This document shows positions 10,098-19,210 of a stretch of DNA of 64,000 nt, piece after piece. Position numbers and translations under genes: made by a program. The DNA comes from a virus. A model generated the notes under the pieces. That model ran no database searches. It saw only the letters and a program-made list of their open reading frames with translations, and had not been told where the DNA came from. The stretch's first letter is position 1, and each line of letters opens with the position of its first letter. The stretch covers positions 8,249 to 72,248 of IMG/VR virus record IMGVR_UViG_3300047053_000004. One strand, 5' to 3'.

Positions 10098-12611
10098 TTA
10101 TCTAAGAATTGAAAGTAGAAATAATTTAGCAGGAACAGTGCGATCGCCCACTTCGGAGCGCACATCAGGCGATCGCTGGAGGATCAATTCTCCATTGATA
10201 TTGCGGACAGCAACCTGCCCTGAAGTTAGGGTAACAGTTGAACTGGCAGACTCATCAAGAATTAGAGCGCCAGTTGCAGATGTCACCGTGCCGGCTATCC
10301 CCTGTATTCCCTGTATCCCTTGTTCCCCTTGGTATCCAGGCGAACCTTGCACCCCACGGGGAATAGAGAAGTTGACTCTGTACTCTCCTGGGATAAGCGT
10401 TGGGGTAAAACTAATTGTTGGGGGTTCAAAAGGTGGAATGGCGGTTATTTGCCCTGCTAAAAAGGTGGGTGGATTTCCGGGTATTCCTTGGTTACCTTGT
10501 TCCCCTTGAAGTCCCCGCAATCCTTGCACCCCACGAGGTAAAGCGACATTAACTTGATATTCCCCAGGCGTTCCTGTAGAAATAAAGCTAAAGTACGGAT
10601 CGGCAAAAGGTGGGATTGCTGTTATGTCTCCAGCGATCAACATCGGCGGATCTCCCGGATCGCCTCTGGGAATGCCAAAGTCAAGGATCGCTTGATTGCC
10701 AGTGCCGGAATTTACTACAGTAGCAGGTTCGCCAGTATCAAGTGAAGTAACTGTCCCAACTTCTACCGTGGGTGGCTGAAAGTCGCCTTCAAACTCTTTG
10801 ATGCAAGGTGGCGATGCGTGGGAAATAGCGGTAATTTGATTGCCATCGTAGACGAAGCTGTAAGCTACGCGGTAACTAGTAGCGGGGAAATTTCCCGTAA
10901 TCGCAGGAACAATTGTTCCTGAAAGCGGCCCGAATAATGAAAAATCATCATCGGCAATGGGAAGCGTAGCGATCGCCCCACTTGTCCAATCGGTAATCGT
11001 GAATTGTTGTGAAATATCCGCAATTACCCCAAACCCCGTAAAACGACGAATTTCTAAAGTATCTTGGCGTTGCAAATAGATATTGACGCTAAACGGGTTG
11101 AATAGCCCTTTGTTGCTACTAATGCTGTCTGCTACGACATCTGGGTAATCACTGCGGATTGTTCCCGCGCCATCTGCTGTACTGGGATAAGAAAGGGTAA
11201 TAGTTGCGCCGGCAGCGATCGCCACATAACTGCTCCACGCACCTGCTACACTTTCACCTGCCACAGTAGAAACGATCGCTCTAATAGCTTCACTTGCGGA
11301 CGGGGTATAGCTAGCTAATTCTGTAAATACAGAGGCACTCCCGTTAACTATTACTTGCTGTCCTGCTGTATTTGGTTGCAATCCCCCAAAAGTGCGCCGG
11401 GGTTTTTCGGGGAAGTCGTAAGCACCAACCAGAATCGAGCCGGAAAGCACATCATAACTTAGTCCAGTATTGGGAACTACTCGATAGCGTGAGCCTATAT
11501 CAAATACAATTCCAGTCGGATCGCCATCTTGAGTAAATAGCTTACCCAGTGGGTTGTAGTCCCCCGATTGAGAGCGGATGGCAGGGAATACACCGATTAC
11601 GTCTTTAATAGTAAATTCCGCCGCTGAGAAAAATGGTTTGATTGCTAGGGCGATCGCTTCTCCCGGTTGCAAATCGTCAGTGGTAATAAATGGGGTGGTT
11701 AACTTGGGTGTCCACGGGAAAAATTCACCAAAGTTTTGAAAGTCCCGCCCATCGCTGTCAGTAGTTCTAATTGTTCCATCGGGTTTTACAAACCCAATAA
11801 ATTTAACCATGACTTTGCCATTGAGCAAGTCAGGACTAGGTTTGTTGTTGTACTCCAAGTTAAACCCAAACTCTGTACCTGCTGGAAGGGCGATCACACT
11901 ATCATTGTAAATTGAGTATTTAGCCTCCCAACTGGGAAGGAATTTACTCAAAGTTTCCCCAGGATAAGGGGGAGTAGGGATTACAGTTATTGGGTTGATT
12001 GCGGCGATGGCGCGATCGCTCCCAACTCCTGTGCGAGTATCTGATACATAAGTACTAGCACCCCCAATTCGTACCCATTGACCAATATCTGCTGAAATAA
12101 CATTAGGACTTAATGGCAAAGCAGAATCAGCGCGGTATTCTACAAATATTGCTAAATCATTTATATATCTAGCTTGTCCGTCAAGGCGGTCAATCGCTGT
12201 GGGCAAAGATGCGGCGTTGGGTACAGTTGGCGCTAGTTGTAAATGAGAGTCGCGGGTTAGTTGTAAGGTAGCTGGTAAAACAGTTTTTACCGATTGCGGT
12301 TCAATGCCAACACCATACTGATATCCGGGAACCCGTGCAATTTGTACGTGGGTGGCAGGATCGTTGGTTGTCCCGGCGCTAATTACAAAATAATGCACAT
12401 CCCACCCATCAGGCTGTTCTGGGATGGTGACGGTGATTTTTTGGTTGGCGGTGTAGGTGATCGCCCCGCTTACCGAAGGAATATTAAATCCAGCGCGGTT
12501 TTGTAATTGGAACGAAAGGTATATTGTGCCTGCTGTGAGACTTCCACCACTAGAGGCGATCGCGCTAAACAGTGGGCAAATTTCACCAACTCCAGCGTAT
12601 TGAGCTAACAA
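10098..12611 (-). CDS. Tail fibre-like protein with collagen-like G-X-Y segments and internal repeats
   Basis: GVQGLRGLQGEQGNQGIPG and GVQGSPGYQGEQGIQGIQG; duplicated 'ITAIPPF..P...PGEY.VN..PRGVQG'; 'VGTVTSLDTGEPATVVNSGT...ILDFGIPRG' fibre motif. Confidence 0.75.
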   Translation of the reverse strand: MLAQYAGVGEICPLFSAIASSGGSLTAGTIYLSFQLQNRAGFNIPSVSGAITYTANQKITVTIPEQPDGWDVHYFVISAGTTNDPATHVQIARVPGYQYGVGIEPQSVKTVLPATLQLTRDSHLQLAPTVPNAASLPTAIDRLDGQARYINDLAIFVEYRADSALPLSPNVISADIGQWVRIGGASTYVSDTRTGVGSDRAIAAINPITVIPTPPYPGETLSKFLPSWEAKYSIYNDSVIALPAGTEFGFNLEYNNKPSPDLLNGKVMVKFIGFVKPDGTIRTTDSDGRDFQNFGEFFPWTPKLTTPFITTDDLQPGEAIALAIKPFFSAAEFTIKDVIGVFPAIRSQSGDYNPLGKLFTQDGDPTGIVFDIGSRYRVVPNTGLSYDVLSGSILVGAYDFPEKPRRTFGGLQPNTAGQQVIVNGSASVFTELASYTPSASEAIRAIVSTVAGESVAGAWSSYVAIAAGATITLSYPSTADGAGTIRSDYPDVVADSISSNKGLFNPFSVNIYLQRQDTLEIRRFTGFGVIADISQQFTITDWTSGAIATLPIADDDFSLFGPLSGTIVPAITGNFPATSYRVAYSFVYDGNQITAISHASPPCIKEFEGDFQPPTVEVGTVTSLDTGEPATVVNSGTGNQAILDFGIPRGDPGDPPMLIAGDITAIPPFADPYFSFISTGTPGEYQVNVALPRGVQGLRGLQGEQGNQGIPGNPPTFLAGQITAIPPFEPPTISFTPTLIPGEYRVNFSIPRGVQGSPGYQGEQGIQGIQGIAGTVTSATGALILDESASSTVTLTSGQVAVRNINGELILQRSPDVRSEVGDRTVPAKLFLLSILR

Positions 12612-12613
12612 TT

Positions 12614-13186
12614 TTACGGCCTCGCTAACCAGTACTCAACTAATACACTTGGCGAAGAAAGGTTTGGCGCTAATGAGTTTTTGATAAGCGCAATATTATA
12701 ATATCCAGTTGCTAATTTAGGATATTTGACATTAATTGCTGCACTACTTTTTGACACAAAACCTGTAGTTTCCCCACCATTACCAGCAGCTATTGACAGT
12801 GTTTGCAAAAGAGTTGTTGTATTTCTAAATTGCAAATCCCATGAATTTATAGCGCTTAAATTACCCACGGGGACTTTGATATTTGCGTGGAGTTTGTACA
12901 GCAAAATATCATAATCATTTCCTTGATAAATAGGCAAGTTGTCAGTGCTGCCAGTGATTAAGCCTACAGTACCGCCAATGATAATGCCTTGCCCGGTAAG
13001 TGCTGGGGTCGCCTGCTGGTAAAGAGTTCGGCTACGCCACAAAGTACCATTCCATACCCATTCCATCACCAGATCACTGTTAGCATCCATCTGATTCCAG
13101 CGATCGCCTCTAGCGGGATTATCTGGAGGGTTGACAGAATTGGTTTCTTTAGGAGCTACTTGTGTATATTTAATGGAAGTAGCCAT
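12614..13186 (-). CDS. Tail fibre-associated protein
   Basis: N-terminal 'PDNPARGDRW..MD....EWVWNGTLW' motif typical of fibre proteins. Confidence 0.6.
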   Translation of the reverse strand: MATSIKYTQVAPKETNSVNPPDNPARGDRWNQMDANSDLVMEWVWNGTLWRSRTLYQQATPALTGQGIIIGGTVGLITGSTDNLPIYQGNDYDILLYKLHANIKVPVGNLSAINSWDLQFRNTTTLLQTLSIAAGNGGETTGFVSKSSAAINVKYPKLATGYYNIALIKNSLAPNLSSPSVLVEYWLARP

Positions 13187-13474
13187 TTACGTCAATGATG
13201 TGATCCAAAAGGTTGTACCTGTGGCTGCTGCTGCTGCATCCTTTGTGGGGTCATAGGCGATCGCTATTATCGTGTCGTTTCCTGTTGCGTCCCAAGATAA
13301 TGTTTCTCCTGGTACGATATTTGCTCCAAGAACAGTGCCGTTTTTGGTGCCAGCATTATAAATAGCAACCGATTTTGCGCCTGCCGCTATGCTTCCTGCG
13401 GTCGTAGTATTGAGATATCCAGGTGTTCTTTGAACACCTACAGCAGACGATTGTGCTTGGTAATTAATAGCCAT
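13187..13474 (-). CDS. Small virion protein, paralogue of the C-terminus of 13484..14008
   Basis: NAGTKNGTVLGANIVPGETLSWDATGNDTIIAIAYD aligns with NAGELTGTLLGTNFLPGDSVSLEVTGNDTIASIPYN. Confidence 0.7.
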   Translation of the reverse strand: MAINYQAQSSAVGVQRTPGYLNTTTAGSIAAGAKSVAIYNAGTKNGTVLGANIVPGETLSWDATGNDTIIAIAYDPTKDAAAAATGTTFWITSLT

Positions 13475-13483
13475 TTTTTACTC

Positions 13484-14008
13484 CTAAGTTAATGTGATGA
13501 TTACAAAAATTGTGCCTGTAGCATTGTAAGGGATGGAGGCGATCGTGTCGTTTCCCGTAACCTCCAGAGATACCGAATCCCCTGGCAAAAAATTGGTGCC
13601 AAGAAGCGTTCCTGTTAATTCTCCTGCGTTAGAAACAAAAACCATTTTTTTGCCGGAAGGAATTACACCTGCATTTGCCACTCTTTTGATATCAGGTACT
13701 CGCTCAACACTAGATCCATCAACGGGGAACTCTACGCCATCGCTTGTCCAGAGAAGCCTTCCTGCCGCATCGATGGCGATCGCCTTTAAATTCCCGCTTG
13801 GATCTAAACCTCCAATCAGCCTCGGAGACTCCTCATCCCCACTATCTGTAACGCCAGTGTTGGACAACAACCCCTTGATATGGAAAAGTCTTTCTAATGG
13901 AAGTTCGGGTAAATGTGAAGGTCTGGGCTGTAATTGATTTATCCGCTTGAGTAATTCGGACTCTATTTGCTGATAACTTTCTAATAGGTTTTGTAATTCT
14001 TCATCCAT
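13484..14008 (-). CDS. Virion protein sharing a C-terminal beta domain with 13187..13474
   Basis: Shared motif as above; N-terminal short coiled coil. Confidence 0.7.
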   Translation of the reverse strand: MDEELQNLLESYQQIESELLKRINQLQPRPSHLPELPLERLFHIKGLLSNTGVTDSGDEESPRLIGGLDPSGNLKAIAIDAAGRLLWTSDGVEFPVDGSSVERVPDIKRVANAGVIPSGKKMVFVSNAGELTGTLLGTNFLPGDSVSLEVTGNDTIASIPYNATGTIFVIITLT

Positions 14009-14477
14009 TACTAAAATATTTGCTAATAACAGGATTACTTTCTGAATGAAATTTAGCTTTAATATCTAATTCAAATAAAATTAACCAGTCACCGTTTTTA
14101 TGTTGTGCCACAGATACACTTCCCGATGGCTCAATTGATTCAATGTCTTGATTCAAGCAACTAGGCGTTTGCAATTCAAATAAAACCTGAGCAAGGACTG
14201 ATTCAGCTTCTGCCCTTGGAATAGTTTCATATATATGAGAAGAGTCAAACCTATACTTTATTTCAAAGGGTATCGTTGTTTCTGTAATAGCAACTTGAGC
14301 GCTTCCCCATCCCTCTCTTTCTAAAAACACAATGTCTAGTGCTGGTCTATCTAGCCCGATAGATGTTGGTTTGCCCGGCGAATGAATACTATCTGGCAAT
14401 CCTAGCCCCCAAACATCAATCCGCAGTTTAGATTGAAGAAACTTTTTAAGACTAGTACGCAATTCGCCAATATTCAT
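14001..14477 (-). CDS. Putative tail completion/terminator-like protein
   Basis: About 160 aa alpha/beta pattern and position in the virion operon; no diagnostic motif. Confidence 0.4.
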   Translation of the reverse strand: MNIGELRTSLKKFLQSKLRIDVWGLGLPDSIHSPGKPTSIGLDRPALDIVFLEREGWGSAQVAITETTIPFEIKYRFDSSHIYETIPRAEAESVLAQVLFELQTPSCLNQDIESIEPSGSVSVAQHKNGDWLILFELDIKAKFHSESNPVISKYFSNG

Positions 14478-14878
14478 TAATCATTATCCTGCGTGATATC
14501 AGCTTCGATTTTGAATTTACCTTTTTCCAAAGTTCGCACTGAAGCAGGCGAAATAGTTTTCATTTGGATGTCGTAAATAAGTTCGTCACCGTCAGACAGA
14601 GATTCAGTATCGGTAGAGGTGATCGCTATTACCGCCTCAATCAAATTTGAATTGATAGCGCTGACGACAATTCCCCCACCTTCAGCGCTTGACTTTGAAA
14701 TTACTGCTGCGCTATCAGGGTCAATGGCGTTTGTTTTGACAGTGAATTTGAATCCAAAATTATTAGGTAAAACACTTTGTCCAGCAATTCTAACTCTAAC
14801 AAAATCAGTGTCACCACGAGTAAATTTTGAATTACTGACACCACTGTTTGTGGAGTCACGAATTATATTGACTCTCAT
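14477..14878 (-). CDS. BppU N-terminal-like baseplate protein
   Basis: 'RGDT...FKFTVK...AIT.TDT..L...LIYDIQM...VRTLEKGKFKIEADIT' pattern. Confidence 0.65.
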   Translation of the reverse strand: MRVNIIRDSTNSGVSNSKFTRGDTDFVRVRIAGQSVLPNNFGFKFTVKTNAIDPDSAAVISKSSAEGGGIVVSAINSNLIEAVIAITSTDTESLSDGDELIYDIQMKTISPASVRTLEKGKFKIEADITQDND

Positions 14879-15129
14879 AACTCTTCTTGTATCTCAGTCG
14901 ATGCCAATTCAATTAGCTCGTCAACTACAATTCCTTGGTTGCAAAACATTCGGGATTGTTGAAGTGCGAAAAGCGCAAATTTTTTGCAATCTTCGTCTTG
15001 AACTTCTACATCAATGATTTTGGCAAACTCCAAGCTAATTTGGTTGATTCGGTCATGCTTGCGAATTCTCTCTTTAGATATCGGCGGATGATACCTAAAA
15101 TACTCTTCTATTGGAATATTTTTATTCAT
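14875..15129 (-). CDS. Acb2/Tad1-like helical-hairpin protein (candidate nucleotide-signal sponge)
   Basis: F-R-Y-H-P-P ... helix ... A-L-F-A-L-Q-Q-S-R-M-F-C-N-Q-G-I matches the 'FxYHxP...A..xLeeaxMwxNxxI' hairpin pattern. Confidence 0.55.
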   Translation of the reverse strand: MNKNIPIEEYFRYHPPISKERIRKHDRINQISLEFAKIIDVEVQDEDCKKFALFALQQSRMFCNQGIVVDELIELASTEIQEEL

Positions 15130-15836
15130 TGCTTTTTAAAATAGTTATAAACGTCCGGTTCCACGATGCATTTGTTTGTTTCTAGCGTATAAACCTCATT
15201 AGCTAATTTATCTACAATCTCTATAGTGTAAAAAAGTACTTTTTTACCAATAAAACTATCGGTATCATTAGGGTAAATAACAATTTGGGCAGAGAGTTTT
15301 TGGCTACTACCTATCCCCGATTCATAAGGTGAAATATCAGTTACTTCAATATCCCCTTGGTTGAATTGATTAGTTTTCACAAATAGCGCTTTATCAATCT
15401 GTTCGGTAACTGCAAATACAATTTCCGGTTCCGTAGGGAAGTCCCCGATCGCCACCAGTTGAATAATTATTGTGTCGCCTCGCCGTAATGTGGCATTAGC
15501 TAAAGGTGTCTCGCCACTTACTTTGAGTATTGTTAGTTGCCCAGTTGGTGGCAGTGGCAAATTGCGCCGCCGTAATGCCAGCATTGCTGCATCATCTTTA
15601 CTATCAGTATCAATATCAAGAATCATCGCCCGCTTAGTATTGGCTAGCACGGATGATGCTTCGTCATTTACTCTGATAGGCGCTAGTAGCGCCAAGAGCG
15701 CATGGTGAGTACACTCGTGGGGCAAGTTATCAACATTGATTTTGCCCTCAATACTGCTTTTAAAATTGAGCGCAGCAATTTCTGAAGAGGTGGCATTGAA
15801 ATCAGAAAAACTGCGACTAGTTAAACTTACCCTCAT
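15126..15836 (-). CDS. Baseplate protein with C-terminal BppU-like domain (paralogue of 14477..14878)
   Basis: LRRGDTIIIQL...IVIYPNDTDSF...LFYTIEI...VYTLETNKCIVEPDV. Confidence 0.6.
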   Translation of the reverse strand: MRVSLTSRSFSDFNATSSEIAALNFKSSIEGKINVDNLPHECTHHALLALLAPIRVNDEASSVLANTKRAMILDIDTDSKDDAAMLALRRRNLPLPPTGQLTILKVSGETPLANATLRRGDTIIIQLVAIGDFPTEPEIVFAVTEQIDKALFVKTNQFNQGDIEVTDISPYESGIGSSQKLSAQIVIYPNDTDSFIGKKVLFYTIEIVDKLANEVYTLETNKCIVEPDVYNYFKKQ

Positions 15837-16636
15837 GCTCTAATTACCAGGTTTCCTGGCGAAATATACAGCTTATCTTTGCGGTAAATAGCGCGGCGGG
15901 TAAGTGGAGCCTTCCAAAGTATATTGTCGCTATCATCTTTGATTGCAAAGCCAGCGATTTCAGGTAAATCTATTTCTGGCTTAGGAAATTCGATTACTTG
16001 TGAATTAGCGATTGCCCTCCCGCTCGGAGCATCCCAATATTCATCACTACAAGGAACCATTGGAAAATCGTAACCATCAACGCTGATTTCTTGAATAGTG
16101 TCATTGTCCGTAGGTGGCGTTGACAGTAAAACTATCTTTACAAATGGGGGCGGTGCAATACTAACGCCACGTAGTACGTTTAATCTTTTGTTTGCCCAAT
16201 AAGTAGAAGAATAGGTTTTACGTAAATTTTTGCTAATAATCAAATTACCAATATCGAAATAAGGCGGATCTCCGATTCCGATGGTTTTGGTAATTTCATT
16301 AGTGCCAAAATACCAAAGATTGCTACTCGTGTCAGCGATCGCCACTCCTATGGGGGTATCCCACGCAGTAGTAGGATTAGCAAATTCCAACTCGGCAACA
16401 TTGGCAATTTCTCGGTTACTAGCATTTCCCCAATGAGTTGTGAGTAATGAGTAAGGAGCGTAGCCAGTGCCAGATATTGAGGTATATGTTCCGGTGATAG
16501 TTGGCACGTCCTTGGTAAGATGAAGTCTCAGCCCGCCACTGGGATAAGCGAAGGTTTCACCGCGTAAAATTGATAATTCTTTATGAGCTAAATACTCTGA
16601 TTGCCCCTCAGCCATCGTCGTTTCGCTCCAATTCAA
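15833..16636 (-). CDS. Tail fibre/baseplate protein with two tandem copies of one domain
   Basis: 'WGNASNREIANVAELEFANPTTAW..PIGVAIAD..NLWYFG' and 'WDAPSGRAIANSQVIEFPKP....IAGFAIKD..NILWKA'. Confidence 0.7.
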   Translation of the reverse strand: MNWSETTMAEGQSEYLAHKELSILRGETFAYPSGGLRLHLTKDVPTITGTYTSISGTGYAPYSLLTTHWGNASNREIANVAELEFANPTTAWDTPIGVAIADTSSNLWYFGTNEITKTIGIGDPPYFDIGNLIISKNLRKTYSSTYWANKRLNVLRGVSIAPPPFVKIVLLSTPPTDNDTIQEISVDGYDFPMVPCSDEYWDAPSGRAIANSQVIEFPKPEIDLPEIAGFAIKDDSDNILWKAPLTRRAIYRKDKLYISPGNLVIRA

Positions 16637-16648
16637 AAATGATTTGCA

Positions 16649-17104
16649 TTAAACACCTCTTCTCTCGTCTGGGCGACGACGTAAAATTAAGTTCCATGTC
16701 AGTGGCAATTCATCAATAGAAACAAATTCAACTTCAAAACCGTCCACAATTCGATTTAGCAATAATTGAGAATCAATAAAGTAAGAAATACCCGTACCTA
16801 CAATCAATTCACGAAGGTAACGGCGACTAATACCGCTTACTTGTAAATCGTCAATTTTGATTTGAATTTGACTGCCGTTAAACGCTTCGGCTAAGTACGG
16901 AGGAACGCGATCAATGATTGGCTTTGGGTCAATCTCGAAATAGTCAACCCGCGTCTTCTCTTCTCCAGGCGCTACCCAACGCCTTTGGATGACAAGCGAT
17001 CGCGCTGTAGCAATTCCAAAAGCGCCAGCAAGTGGGGCAATGGAGTCACGCAAGGCAATCATCTGCTCAATGTAGGTAGTTTTGGGGCGAGTATCTTCTG
17101 TCAT
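16649..17104 (-). CDS. Putative head closure/head-tail joining protein
   Basis: Position after the DUF4054 adaptor; about 150 aa beta-rich. Confidence 0.5.
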   Translation of the reverse strand: MTEDTRPKTTYIEQMIALRDSIAPLAGAFGIATARSLVIQRRWVAPGEEKTRVDYFEIDPKPIIDRVPPYLAEAFNGSQIQIKIDDLQVSGISRRYLRELIVGTGISYFIDSQLLLNRIVDGFEVEFVSIDELPLTWNLILRRRPDERRGV

Positions 17105-17268
17105 GGCTCAATGCCTTCGTCAACTCCCTCAACAGCCATGCCCAACTTCTGAGCTATTTGATAAAGAAAAAACTGTTTGTGATGCCCTCCATCTGTTTGT
17201 AATCCTTGCATTACCAACAAGGCTAATTGACTTAAATCTTTATGAGATATCGATGGGGATTTTAACAT
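17101..17268 (-). CDS. Small conserved-looking phage protein (GLQTDGGHHKQFFL)
   Basis: TAATG overlap at 17266-17270 gives a start at 17268 rather than 17346. Confidence 0.55.
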   Translation of the reverse strand: MLKSPSISHKDLSQLALLVMQGLQTDGGHHKQFFLYQIAQKLGMAVEGVDEGIEP

Positions 17269-17600
17269 TAGACTACAAATCCGCTGACAGGCAATGACTG
17301 CCGTAATTGCAAAAACTGTTGCCCCCACACTGTACCAGTCAACCATGAGTCAGAATCCATCCGATTGTTACTATCTCGCCCTTTGGCATTTTGCACAGAG
17401 CTAGAAGCGATCGCCCCCACCTGTAGCCACCTCATCGCCAAGATATGTGCCGTTACAAGTGATACAGCTTGGCTATAGTTAAGTCCCCATACTTCAACAG
17501 GGCAGTAAGCGATCGCGCTTGTAATAGCTAACCGAATTTTTGGCTCACTAAGAGTTTGAAACTCATCATACTCAGCAAGGAATGCAGAAGGCGTAAGCAT
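17268..17600 (-). CDS. Head-tail adaptor (DUF4054-like)
   Basis: F..EY.EF....AVSLVTAHILAM...WLTGTVWGQQFLQLR motif, downstream of the capsid gene. Confidence 0.8.
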   Translation of the reverse strand: MLTPSAFLAEYDEFQTLSEPKIRLAITSAIAYCPVEVWGLNYSQAVSLVTAHILAMRWLQVGAIASSSVQNAKGRDSNNRMDSDSWLTGTVWGQQFLQLRQSLPVSGFVV

Positions 17601-18028
17601 TAGTCTCCCTTTTCCTCAATATCTTTCGGCGGCGGAACGTTTGTTGCTGGAGTATCAACTTTTAATTGAAGAGCGATCGCGTCTAATACCGCCCTCCGAG
17701 TCTCGATTTTTTGCCATCCTTGCAGCAAACTGAGACTGTAGGTTTTTTTGACAAGGGCGATCGCTTCTGACTGATTTTTGGGCAAAGGAGGGGATTCTAC
17801 CGCGGCCCCAGCAATAGAGGGTTGAGTTTGAGAAATCACCCTTAAAATACCTTCTTCTATGCAATAATTCACCGGCTTGCTTAGATTGTCATGAGCGAGT
17901 ACTTCTTCCCAGTCGGCAGATGGGTAAGCCTTTACGCCGGGGACAAAAGTAAGTTTGCCAATAATGTAAGGATTGCTCCGAGATGGGTAAAAAAGGGCAG
18001 GACGATACTCAATAAGGGTTTGGCTCAA
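17600..18028 (-). CDS. Hypothetical head-associated protein
   Basis: Coupled between the capsid and adaptor genes. Confidence 0.6.
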   Translation of the reverse strand: MSQTLIEYRPALFYPSRSNPYIIGKLTFVPGVKAYPSADWEEVLAHDNLSKPVNYCIEEGILRVISQTQPSIAGAAVESPPLPKNQSEAIALVKKTYSLSLLQGWQKIETRRAVLDAIALQLKVDTPATNVPPPKDIEEKGD

Positions 18029-18933
18029 GATAATCCCTCCACAATTACGGCACTTAACGGTTGAATCATAGTTGTCCCGCCAAATCGCTCGTGGCAGTAA
18101 ATAATTACTTCTTTGCCGCGATCGTCTGGGGGAAGCTGCTCAAAGTCGCTAGGGATATCGAGAACCACACAGTCAGGGTTACGAACGTAAAAAATCATGA
18201 CGTTGCTGCCGTTGATGCCAGCGCCCTCGCATTGACTACACCAATCCACAAAGTCAATATTTGGGTTGGCTTTGCGAAACAGATCCATTAAGAAAGTGTC
18301 AGACTGCTCTGATCGAGAAGTACTGCTCAAGAATCCGTGATCCTCTTTGGTCATTAACACAGCTGTCACTTCAAACTCTGCAAGATACCAAGGAATCCTT
18401 GCCCAGTAGTTAAGCCTATCTAGTTTGGTTTGATTAGAAACCAAGGAATCAGTAATTTTGATGTCACTCAGGACTCGCGGGGTTGTCGGGTACGTAAGCA
18501 ACCCTTTCAAGTCAGAACTAGGATCGCCCAGATATGCAAGGGTATTTTCTGACTTCATGATGAACCGCTTGGCAGACATTGCCTTACGGTCAGTCAGATT
18601 ACGCCCAGCCATTGCAGCCGATCGCACTTCCTGGAAATTATACCCGTAACTGTCTCCAAGAGGTCGCACCTCAACGCGAGTGCGCTTGGCAACAACATCA
18701 ACGCGAGGCCAATCATCAGAATAAGAGTTGATGATTTTTGCCATCCCCACTTCTTCGTACATATCGTGGGAGATGGTTTCAGCTGCTGGCCCGCCCTCAC
18801 GAGATACAGGAATATGCATCCTGCACTTGTACTCAGGGATCTTCTTTTCGTAAACTTGGGTGCGGACATACTCTAATTGATTGTCCAAAAAGGCGCTTTC
18901 GCCTTCGTCTAAAACTTCTCTAATTGTTGACAT
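18025..18933 (-). CDS. Major capsid protein, DUF2184 (HK97 fold)
   Basis: FLDNQLEYV...VYE....Y....IPV...G.AKII..YSDD.PRVDV...YGYNFQEV..A...GRNL..RKA..A...N..AYLGD......GLL. Confidence 0.9.
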   Translation of the reverse strand: MSTIREVLDEGESAFLDNQLEYVRTQVYEKKIPEYKCRMHIPVSREGGPAAETISHDMYEEVGMAKIINSYSDDWPRVDVVAKRTRVEVRPLGDSYGYNFQEVRSAAMAGRNLTDRKAMSAKRFIMKSENTLAYLGDPSSDLKGLLTYPTTPRVLSDIKITDSLVSNQTKLDRLNYWARIPWYLAEFEVTAVLMTKEDHGFLSSTSRSEQSDTFLMDLFRKANPNIDFVDWCSQCEGAGINGSNVMIFYVRNPDCVVLDIPSDFEQLPPDDRGKEVIIYCHERFGGTTMIQPLSAVIVEGLS

Positions 18934-18939
18934 TGTTGG

Positions 18940-19210
18940 GAATAGGGAAGGGGAAGGGGGAAGGGGTAAGGGGGAAGGGGTAAGGGGTAAGGGGGAAAGG
19001 GGAAGGGGTAAGGGGGAAGGGGTAAGGGGTAAGGGGGAAAGGGTAAGGGGGAAGGGGTAAGGGGAAGGGGTAATCTATTAATCCTTTACCCTGCGCCGGA
19101 GGCGATTACCCTTTACCCGTGCCAAAGGCACTCTTCCTTTACCCTGCGCCGGAGGCGCTTACCCTTTACCCTTTACCCGTGCCAAAGGCACTCTTCCTTT
19201 ACCCCTCTTC
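18940..19210. repeat. Large purine/pyrimidine palindromic repeat between the cement and capsid genes
   Basis: About 130 nt of AAGGGGG/AAGGGGT heptamers, core AATCTATTAATCCTTTACCC, then two near-identical CTGCGCCGGAGGCG(A/C)TTACCC...GTGCCAAAGGCACTCTTCC units. Confidence 0.9.

Noticed and set aside
18025-18933. Encapsulin nanocompartment
   Set aside because: DUF2184 here sits with DUF2213, cement, portal and terminase, so it is the phage capsid
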